DNA of 38,358 nucleotides from a virus (taxonomy: Duplodnaviria; Caudoviricetes), in the IMG/VR virus record IMGVR_UViG_3300037047_000317, positions 1 to 38,358 of that record, one strand, 5' to 3'. The translations under genes and the position numbers were made by a program. The notes beneath the pieces are model-generated. The model saw nothing but the letters and a program-made list of their open reading frames with translations, was not told the origin of the DNA and searched no databases. Positions 31,045 through 38,358 of the stretch are shown one piece after another (positions within the stretch are counted from its first letter, which is position 1; every line of letters begins with the position of its first letter).

Positions 31045-33266
31045 ATTCTCTTAGCCTCCGCCTGTTAATTGAGGGTAGTAATTTCGGCGCAATACGGGCG
31101 CTCGGCGGTGTTGCCGGTGAGGCTCGCAAGACCGGTGGTGCGCTTGCTCAGATGGATGTTGCCGGCGCGGGATTTGCGCGCACGCGGGCTGGTCTGGCTG
31201 TATTGCAAACCGGATTGAGCGGGCTTCGCGGGCTGGCTGCTGCTGCCTTTTCTTTTGCGGGCGGTGTCGGCGGAGTCGTTTCGGCCGCAGGCCTGGTTGC
31301 GATGGTCAAATCTGTGGCTGACGCTGGCGATGCGGTTGCGAAGCTTTCCGCGCGCACTAGTGTCGGTATCGAGGATTTACAAAAGCTGCAATATGCGGCC
31401 GGGCTTTCCGGTGCATCGAATGAAGCGCTGGAACAGTCTCTGATCCGCCTGCAGCGGCAGATCGTGGCGAATTCGAAGGCGTTTGCGCGGCTGGGTGTCG
31501 ACTTGAGAGACTCGGCCGGCGTTACGAAGAGCACGGAACAGGTTTTCTACGAGATCGCTGACCGCTTCCGCGATCTGCCTGATGGCGCCGAAAAGGCCGC
31601 GCTGGCAGTTGAATTATTTGGCCGATCCGGTGCGGACTTGATACCGATGTTAAATGCCGGGTCGGACGGCTTGCGGGAAATGGGCGAGGAGGCACAAAAG
31701 CTCGGCATCATCATCGGCGCCGACTTGGCGCGCCAGTCGGAGCAGCTCAACGATAACCTCACGCGCACTGGCGCGCTGGCTCGAGGGGCGGCCGTTGCGA
31801 TCACCGCTGACCTGATTCCGGCAATTAATGATTTTTTGCAGCGACTGCTCGATGCGAGGAATTCCGGCACGCTATTGCGCCCAGACCAATTGTTTGGCGG
31901 GGAGGATATCGAGCGATCGATTGCACGAATCAGGGGGCAGATTGAAGCGCTTAAATCCGGCAATCGGTTTGCCGGCGGCATCATCGCCGGGCTGTTTGGC
32001 GATCCTGCCGATACGCTGAAAAAGCTGGAGGCAGGGCTGGCATACCTGGAAAAGCAGCGCGATCGGGTGTCTGGCAATGCGAAAGATAGCGAGGCGTCGC
32101 AGAATACCTTGCTTGAGAGGCGAAAGCAGCTACAGGAGGCGATGCTGCGTCTGGCTGATCTGCAGTCGGCGCGCCGAGGCGAGGAGCTACGCGACACTGA
32201 CCGGCTTCGGTCGGCGCTGCAATCCGCGTGGCAGGCATCGGTTGACGGGGCTCGCGCGGCGCGTGCCGAGGCTGAGAAGTTGTTTTCCCGCGCCGAGGAA
32301 GTGGCTGGCGGGACGCGCGACAAGGCGGCTCAGCGGCGCACCCAGGGATTGCCAGATGGACAGCGTGAGGCCATGGCCAGGCGGCAGGCCGAGAGTGCGG
32401 CCGGTGATGCGAGCTTTGCTGCAACGCGCGCAAAGCTAGCGGCGATGCAAGGCGATGCCGTAGCGGCCGAGCGGCTGGCTGCGGAGGCGCTGCAAAAGGC
32501 GCAGCGTGCTGAGCGGTTTGCCGATGCCATTAAGGACGATCGAACGGCGTCGGACATTCTCGATACGATCGCGGCGAGCCAGGAGGCGGCTATCAAGGCT
32601 CAGGCTACTGTCAAGCAGCGGCAAGCGGCCGCGCTTGATGAGCAAGCGGCGGCGCAACAACAAAAACTGACCGAGATCGAGCAGCGCATGGCTGGGCTGC
32701 GCGAAGCGGCGGGCGAAATTCCGGTGGATGTTGAGATCGAGCAAGCGCTGGCTGTCATCGAGTCGCTCAAAGCGGTGATTCGCGAGGGCGAAACGATGCC
32801 AATCAGGGCGGTGCCGGCAGACACGCGGTCTATGACGTACCAGGAAAAGCTGGATGCGATTCCTGCGCGAGGCTTCGGTGGCGAGCTTCCTGGATGGGCC
32901 CCGCACGACCGAGCGGATAATGTGATTTACCGAGGTACGCCGGGTGAATTTGTGATTCAGCGCCCGACGGTTCGGCAGCCTGGCGCGGCCGCATTTTTAC
33001 GCGATTTCAACTTGCTCGGCATGGCGGCGCTGCGTCGCTGGCGCCTGCCGGGCTACGCCTTTGGTGGCGAGCTGGGCTCGCGTAGCATGGTCAGTCGCTT
33101 GCAGGTGCCGAGGGTATCCGGCGCATCGATCTCGGCAGGTGCTGGCGAGCCCGCTATTTTTGACCTCGGCGCCCTGGGCAAGGTCCGGGCGCGTACCTCG
33201 ACGGCGACGGCTGCGGATGTTGCCGCTGTGATGCGCCGCGCAGCAGCGCAGTTTGGGTGGCGCTGA
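31041..33266 (+). CDS. Tail tape measure protein
   Basis: 741 aa, Ala-rich and helical; LFGRSGADLIPMLNAG motif; C-terminal GFGG...DNV...GEFV motif. Confidence 0.92.
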   Translation: MNSLSLRLLIEGSNFGAIRALGGVAGEARKTGGALAQMDVAGAGFARTRAGLAVLQTGLSGLRGLAAAAFSFAGGVGGVVSAAGLVAMVKSVADAGDAVAKLSARTSVGIEDLQKLQYAAGLSGASNEALEQSLIRLQRQIVANSKAFARLGVDLRDSAGVTKSTEQVFYEIADRFRDLPDGAEKAALAVELFGRSGADLIPMLNAGSDGLREMGEEAQKLGIIIGADLARQSEQLNDNLTRTGALARGAAVAITADLIPAINDFLQRLLDARNSGTLLRPDQLFGGEDIERSIARIRGQIEALKSGNRFAGGIIAGLFGDPADTLKKLEAGLAYLEKQRDRVSGNAKDSEASQNTLLERRKQLQEAMLRLADLQSARRGEELRDTDRLRSALQSAWQASVDGARAARAEAEKLFSRAEEVAGGTRDKAAQRRTQGLPDGQREAMARRQAESAAGDASFAATRAKLAAMQGDAVAAERLAAEALQKAQRAERFADAIKDDRTASDILDTIAASQEAAIKAQATVKQRQAAALDEQAAAQQQKLTEIEQRMAGLREAAGEIPVDVEIEQALAVIESLKAVIREGETMPIRAVPADTRSMTYQEKLDAIPARGFGGELPGWAPHDRADNVIYRGTPGEFVIQRPTVRQPGAAAFLRDFNLLGMAALRRWRLPGYAFGGELGSRSMVSRLQVPRVSGASISAGAGEPAIFDLGALGKVRARTSTATAADVAAVMRRAAAQFGWR

Positions 33267-33703
33267 TGGCTCCAGGCTTGATCATCAACGGCATCGATCT
33301 ACCGCAGCGGGCCCGGTTGGAATACCAGCAGACATTCTGGTTGGTCGAGGGTGGCAGCAGCTCACGTCGCATGGCCAACGGCCGGCTGTTCACGATGTCT
33401 CACTGGCAGCGTTGGGCGACCACGATTTCTGGTGGTGGCTGGGTGCCACCGCCCCTGCTTGGCTTGCCGATCGGCGAGCCGTTTGAGGTGCATGCCGTGG
33501 CGCCGGTGTCGCTGCTGCCCGGCCAGGCGTTGCCACCCGGGTGGACTGCTCGTGCAGATTGCCCGGAGGTGACGACGACAGATGCTCGTGGTGTCACCGT
33601 GCGCCTGGTGTATCCGGTATTGACGGTGGTGACCCTGACTGGCGCGCGCCTGGTGGTTGGTGGTGGCGCACCGAAGTGGGAATTGATTTGTGAGGAGGGT
33701 TGA
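33266..33703 (+). CDS. Putative distal tail protein
   Basis: TGATG-coupled after the tape measure; RRMANG...TISGGGWVPP...WELICEE. Confidence 0.65.
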   Translation: MAPGLIINGIDLPQRARLEYQQTFWLVEGGSSSRRMANGRLFTMSHWQRWATTISGGGWVPPPLLGLPIGEPFEVHAVAPVSLLPGQALPPGWTARADCPEVTTTDARGVTVRLVYPVLTVVTLTGARLVVGGGAPKWELICEEG

Positions 33704-34170
33704 TGATGTTTCTGCATAAAAAGGTATCGTCGGCGTCCGCTCCGTCTGATCCGGAAAAAATCGGTGGACCGGACTGGAATGAGGCGCACGCATTGGCCAA
33801 CGGTGCGTCGTTAATCACCGCCGTCGGCGTGTTTTCGATTTCCGCATCTGCGGCGAGCTTTATCGGCAACGATGCCGTGGCTGACGGAGCGGGTACGTGG
33901 GTGATGGATGGTGTCGATTTTGGTCATTCCGAGTTTGTGGGCAACTGTATTGACGGATACGCGACCGGTTATTTGATGCTGTCCGTGCTGGGCGGGTTGC
34001 CTGCCGGCTGGCGGATCACCGTCAATGTCGATTCGACGCCGGCGCCAGCAGATTCACCGCCGATGGTTGTCGTGACGGTGATCGATGACACTGACCAGCC
34101 GGCAAATCCGCCCGGGCTGATTGTTGGCCAGTGTTTCTGGGTCGCGACAAGTGCGCCGATGCCATCATAA
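33703..34170 (+). CDS. Hypothetical tail-region protein
   Basis: GAGGAGG RBS, coupled; N-terminal HKKVS...PDWNEAH motif. Confidence 0.65.
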   Translation: MMFLHKKVSSASAPSDPEKIGGPDWNEAHALANGASLITAVGVFSISASAASFIGNDAVADGAGTWVMDGVDFGHSEFVGNCIDGYATGYLMLSVLGGLPAGWRITVNVDSTPAPADSPPMVVVTVIDDTDQPANPPGLIVGQCFWVATSAPMPS

Positions 34171-34172
34171 AC

Positions 34173-36110
34173 ATGTCGGCCTTCGATAACGCTTTCGCCG
34201 AGGATGCTTTTGATGTCGGTTGCACAGCGGGTGCGTTCGACGGTGCTTTTGACGATGATGCATTCGATGGTTGCGGTGTTGGTAGTGCCGGCGAGCGCTA
34301 CGCTGTTTTGCTTCCGATCAAGGTGGTTTCGTCAGATGTTCGGGTGTTTGATTCTTCAATCGGGCGTGTGCTCTGGTCTGTGATTGCAGTGGTCGGTGGT
34401 GTCGATGTCAGTCATCAACTCAGCGGCGAATTGAAGATCGCAGCCGTAGAAGATGGTGCGCGCGCTGCCTGGCTCGAGCTGAGCCCATTAACCCCCGGGC
34501 AGTTTGAGGCGCTTGATAGCGCGCCGATTACGATCGACGTGACTGTGAACGGCGGCGGGTATCTGGCGACAAGACGACGTTTTACCGGGGTTGTTCGGCG
34601 GGTTGAGTTTGATGCTGCCCACCGCGTGGCGCGCTTGGAGTGTCGTGATCGTTATCAGGAGACAATCCGTGCGGCAGGCTCCGCGTCTGCGGTGCAGGCG
34701 TTACTGGGTGGGCTGCCGACAATATCTGACAAGGTTGTAGCGTGGGACGATGCCACGCCGGATCCTGTGGGGTATTTCAGGGGGTTGCTGGGCACAGTTG
34801 CAGGTGCGACGTATATCGATGGCTCTGGCCAGTGGCGCGTGGTCAAGTGGGACATCGGTGCGCCTGCAATTTCGTATGGTACTACTGACGTATTCAGCGA
34901 TGGCCTGTCACTGATTCGTCCGACAAGGGAGGATATGCCTGCATCGGTGGTAGCGACATTGACGCATGAGTATTACCGGCTGCACAACGCCGAATTGGGT
35001 CTGAGCTGGGAGGGTCCGGCATACGTCAATTACGTGACGCGCGGTATCCCTCACGCCTCCAAGGCCATGGTTGTCGATGCGCTGGCCGGTTTGGGCGACT
35101 GGGTCGTGCGCGGTGAGCCGGTGCTCGTCTCGCCGACCCCGGGAAACTACCCGGTTTGGGCAAACGGCCAGACGGCGTTTTACACCGTCCGTCACGACCT
35201 GGCCCCGTCTCAAATTGACGAGCTGCAGGCGACGGTTTATCGGCGCTGGTATCAGCAGGTCACCAGGCGTTATACCGTCACGGTCGAGGTCGGCGGGAGC
35301 AGTGACCGCGACGAGTCAATCAACCGCCAGATTAAGAGCCAATTTGATGCAGATGGCTGGGAGTCTGGCCGGCGTTCTGAGCCGTCACTGGGGATTTACT
35401 CCAAAAATCCGCCGATCGGCTCAGAGGATGAAGAGGTGCCAACTGGGTACGAGGCATTGTCCGCACCCTGGCCGCCGGCAAACGCCACCGTTGACCACTT
35501 CGGTGATCTGGCAGCGCCGGATGTGATTGCTGCTGTGCGCTTTGTGATAGCCGAGGCGGCGCGGCTGGTCGCTGCCGGGCGGCGGCAGCAGCGGTTGCGC
35601 GTAGAGCGGCCGGTTGATCTGCGTGTTGAAATTGGCGGCGTGGGCGGTATCGATGCGTATGGCTTATCCGGCATCGGTCAGGCCGTGGAGTACGAAGAGT
35701 TTTTTGATTTTGTTGGCGGCCTCTGCGTCGGCACCTACGTTTTTTCTTGTCCGGCCGGCAATGGCGACGAGACCGGCGCTGATGCCGTTGTCGCGATCCC
35801 GGCGCCTGCGGTCGCTCATGCGCTGGCCGCGCCGGGTCTGGGTAACTGGATAGGCGGAGACTCTAATACCCCGCGCGGCTGGATACCGCCGGATACCATT
35901 GCAGGATATTTATGCAATACGCTCAGCGACCCAGAGCGATTGTTAGAGTCCAGCTTCTATGATCCAGATGCGCCGCATTACGAAACTCAGTTCAGGATTG
36001 TTTTGCCTGAGATATCTGCTGCTCATCGCGATCCGGTGACTGAGACAGTCCCTGTGGCTGCGGACATTCATGTCGCCGGTGCCGGCGTCAGTGTCAGTTT
36101 TGAGGATTAA
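34173..36110 (+). CDS. Putative tail-tip hub protein
   Basis: 645 aa; RRFTGVV...LECRD hub-like motif; N-terminal AFD repeats. Confidence 0.7.
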   Translation: MSAFDNAFAEDAFDVGCTAGAFDGAFDDDAFDGCGVGSAGERYAVLLPIKVVSSDVRVFDSSIGRVLWSVIAVVGGVDVSHQLSGELKIAAVEDGARAAWLELSPLTPGQFEALDSAPITIDVTVNGGGYLATRRRFTGVVRRVEFDAAHRVARLECRDRYQETIRAAGSASAVQALLGGLPTISDKVVAWDDATPDPVGYFRGLLGTVAGATYIDGSGQWRVVKWDIGAPAISYGTTDVFSDGLSLIRPTREDMPASVVATLTHEYYRLHNAELGLSWEGPAYVNYVTRGIPHASKAMVVDALAGLGDWVVRGEPVLVSPTPGNYPVWANGQTAFYTVRHDLAPSQIDELQATVYRRWYQQVTRRYTVTVEVGGSSDRDESINRQIKSQFDADGWESGRRSEPSLGIYSKNPPIGSEDEEVPTGYEALSAPWPPANATVDHFGDLAAPDVIAAVRFVIAEAARLVAAGRRQQRLRVERPVDLRVEIGGVGGIDAYGLSGIGQAVEYEEFFDFVGGLCVGTYVFSCPAGNGDETGADAVVAIPAPAVAHALAAPGLGNWIGGDSNTPRGWIPPDTIAGYLCNTLSDPERLLESSFYDPDAPHYETQFRIVLPEISAAHRDPVTETVPVAADIHVAGAGVSVSFED

Positions 36111-36113
36111 GCG

Positions 36114-36476
36114 ATGTGGCGTTTTTATGCTGATCCCGCGTTAACTACCCAGGTGGCCGAGTTGATTGTGCCAACTCAGTTCGACGGCGTTGATCAACAG
36201 CCTGGTGTTTCAGTGATTTATTTTGGCAATCGCGAGACTGGCCGGCGGCTGCTTCCTGCGGACGATAGCGATATTCAGATCGCCGTCGATGGTCTGGCCG
36301 GCGCTCGACTGGCACTAAGCGAAGACGCCCTTGTCAGCGCCGTGCCTGGTCATCCGCTGGTGCTGGGTGCCGAGTTGTCGAGTGGGTCGGCTAATGCTGT
36401 GCAGGTCTGGGTTTTACTGCCCTATCCGGGCGAGTTATTTCTGGCGACGAATCAACTGTTGGAGCTCGTTCAATGA
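36114..36476 (+). CDS. Hypothetical tail-tip protein
   Basis: 120 aa, in operon. Confidence 0.7.
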   Translation: MWRFYADPALTTQVAELIVPTQFDGVDQQPGVSVIYFGNRETGRRLLPADDSDIQIAVDGLAGARLALSEDALVSAVPGHPLVLGAELSSGSANAVQVWVLLPYPGELFLATNQLLELVQ

Positions 36477-36787
36477 GCCGAGATTTGACGAATTCACTGG
36501 CTGCGCTGACCGAGCAAGCAAGGCCCCGTAGTGACGACACGCCGCAGCCGCGTGGCGCTGCCCGGCGAGTGGTATCAGCTGCTCAGCCGCCGAGCGCAAA
36601 AGCGTCTGGTGGCGGCGGTGGTGTGGCTTCACCGCTGACGGAGATATCTGTCAGCGGTCGTGAATACCATCAAGCCGGCTGGAAAACAACCGATGGGCTC
36701 TTTACTCTGCCGGCGATCAAGAAGGTGATGTTCGTCGATGTAAATGGTGAGCAGGTTGAGTTCCGTTTTGCCGATCCGTCGTCATGA
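36473..36787 (+). CDS. Hypothetical tail-tip protein
   Basis: GGGGVASPLTE...TTDGLF...F.D.NG motif; ATGA-coupled. Confidence 0.7.
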   Translation: MSRDLTNSLAALTEQARPRSDDTPQPRGAARRVVSAAQPPSAKASGGGGGVASPLTEISVSGREYHQAGWKTTDGLFTLPAIKKVMFVDVNGEQVEFRFADPSS

Positions 36788-38358
36788 TTGAGTTCGGTGG
36801 GCAGAATGCTGGCTGGCCGTGGCACGGGATTTACCGCGCCAGCACCGGAAAATTGACCACTGCTGGCGGCGATATTGATCTGCCTGGCCAGGCGCCCAAC
36901 GACGGCGACTGCTACTTAATCCAGATTCCCGGGCTGCCGACGCCGGATGTGTCGCCCGATGAGGTGTCGGCTGGCATGGTATGGAAGAATTACGCTTTGA
37001 TTTATGCCGGCCGGCTTTACGGCAAAGACCTCGGTGGCATCGTCTACATCGATAGCGAGAACAGGCCGTGGCGAGTATTCGTCACTCGCGGGGGAACTAG
37101 GACGCAAAAAGAGATCCGCGTTACCGTCGCGGCCCAGCGTTTCGGTGTGGTCGGCCCTGGCGCTGCGCCGACACTGGCTCTGGCACAGATGACGGTGTCG
37201 TTTGAAACCCACCCGGATTACCCGAGCGGTTTTGCAGGCAACACAGATCTCGCGCAAATTCTGGACGTGGCGACAAACGGGAAAAGTTTTCTGGTCGGCG
37301 TGCCCCGGTATCGTCGTGGGTTTGCAGCGATTGCTGAAATAACGCTGTCCGGATCGCCTGCAGATGGCAATTTCGCCAGCAATATGTCGTTGCTGGCGGA
37401 TGAATTGGCGATTGATAATTGGTCCGGGGTCACCGGCGCATCGTCATCGTCTGGCCGGTGGTGGCTGGGACTCTGGCGAGAGGTCGATTGGTCATCGCCG
37501 CCGGTCGCGGATTCAAACGGTAACTACCCGGTGTCGCCAGGCGCTTATTATGCCGCAAACGGGGATATTGTTTATTTTGATGGGTCGAGCTATGCGACTC
37601 ACGCGACCTATTCGCTCAGGCTGACCACAGGAGGTGCGCAACCCGATTCTGTCGCAAACATGGGCGACGGCTATATGAGTTCCGTATTTTCTTACCGGCC
37701 GTTCGATGTCATCCGGCCGAATACAAAATGGCTCTGTGGCGCGCGCTACGACGCATCTGGCGCTGCAAAGGTGATTGCTGCATCTATCGACACTCGCACG
37801 GATTATGATGAGCCGTCGTTTGACGACACGCCGGCATATGTTTCGCTATCCGACAGCGTTCCTGCGACCGCGTCGTTCGGCCTCATTGCCTCTGCCGGCG
37901 TCTGCACGGTGTCAGCAGAGATAACGGCCGGCGAGACGGTTCTGGAACGATCCGAGCAGGTTGTGACAACAACAACGCCTGGTGACGATAGCTATGCAAT
38001 GACATTGACGCGTAACGGGTCGCTGGCCGAAACGGTTACGTATTCAGCGCCACTAGGCAGTGGGTATTCATACATACGATTTGGTGGCGGAATCAGCCCG
38101 GCGAGTTATATCACTAGCACGCTGACTGCTGATAGAGATGTAGGCGTCCGACGGGTCACAAACAGCGTTTACCAGTCGATTATGCCGGGGTTGGCGATAT
38201 CTAATAATTCGTCGAGTCCAATTAGTCTAGTGACCCAAAAGTACGCCGGCAGATATTCTGGGCGGCTTGGGCAAGCTGATTACGTCGCGTATTACGCATC
38301 AGAGCATCCAGTCACCGGTGATATCGAACAGGGTTCAGACACGGTCTGCTGGGTTTGA
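36784..38358 (+). CDS. Putative receptor-binding/tail-tip protein
   Basis: 524 aa, GWPWHG N-terminus, Ser/Thr/Tyr-rich beta C-terminal part; last tail gene, ends at the window edge. Confidence 0.6.
   Translation: MIEFGGQNAGWPWHGIYRASTGKLTTAGGDIDLPGQAPNDGDCYLIQIPGLPTPDVSPDEVSAGMVWKNYALIYAGRLYGKDLGGIVYIDSENRPWRVFVTRGGTRTQKEIRVTVAAQRFGVVGPGAAPTLALAQMTVSFETHPDYPSGFAGNTDLAQILDVATNGKSFLVGVPRYRRGFAAIAEITLSGSPADGNFASNMSLLADELAIDNWSGVTGASSSSGRWWLGLWREVDWSSPPVADSNGNYPVSPGAYYAANGDIVYFDGSSYATHATYSLRLTTGGAQPDSVANMGDGYMSSVFSYRPFDVIRPNTKWLCGARYDASGAAKVIAASIDTRTDYDEPSFDDTPAYVSLSDSVPATASFGLIASAGVCTVSAEITAGETVLERSEQVVTTTTPGDDSYAMTLTRNGSLAETVTYSAPLGSGYSYIRFGGGISPASYITSTLTADRDVGVRRVTNSVYQSIMPGLAISNNSSSPISLVTQKYAGRYSGRLGQADYVAYYASEHPVTGDIEQGSDTVCWV

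Larger units (their letters stand above)
1..38358. mobile_element. Near-complete B3-like transposable (Mu-related) siphophage/prophage; termini not included
   Basis: DDE transposase, AAA ATPase, Gam, GemA, Mor/C, Com, Ner-like and DUF3486 genes. Divergent arms around the repressor as in B3. Tail tube and tape measure present, no sheath gene. Confidence 0.95.

Noticed and set aside
1-38358. Transposable-phage termini (TG...CA) with transposase binding repeats
   Set aside because: The window is cut at the stop codons of the first and last genes, so the ends lie outside it.
36784-38358. Diversity-generating retroelement or invertible tail-fibre segment
   Set aside because: No reverse transcriptase, no invertase and no template/variable repeat pair seen in the window.

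Overview
The window is almost the whole genome of a transposable (Mu-related) temperate phage or prophage with the split, bidirectional layout of Pseudomonas phage B3. The host is probably a GC-rich proteobacterium (inference only). The window starts at the stop codon of the first gene and ends at the stop codon of the last gene, so the TG...CA ends and flanking host DNA are not visible. The minus-strand left arm is read from about 20036 down to 1. It carries the early operon (Ner-like regulator, IclR-like HTH, DUF3102 protein, DDE transposase, AAA ATPase, Gam, C5 cytosine MTase, HU, GemA, Mor/C activator), then lysis genes (SAR endolysin, Rz/Rz1), packaging and head genes (TerS, TerL, portal, gpF-like), and com plus an adenine MTase. 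The plus-strand right arm carries the repressor, four accessory genes, a fused protease-scaffold-capsid gene, neck genes and a non-contractile tail. The most interesting signals are: (1) a shared NHGQ..E..I.NH motif at the repressor C-terminus and at the N-terminus of the adjacent membrane protein, suggesting a homotypic, possibly amyloid-like, signalling pair; (2) a promoter-flanked structured RNA antisense to the com-MTase leader; (3) three late promoters sharing an asymmetric 20-bp box, matched by a Mor/C activator with a duplicated dimerisation module; (4) a five-repeat C5 MTase; (5) an i-spanin in frame with a DksA/TraR zinc finger. Protein family calls come from motif recognition and synteny, not database searches.
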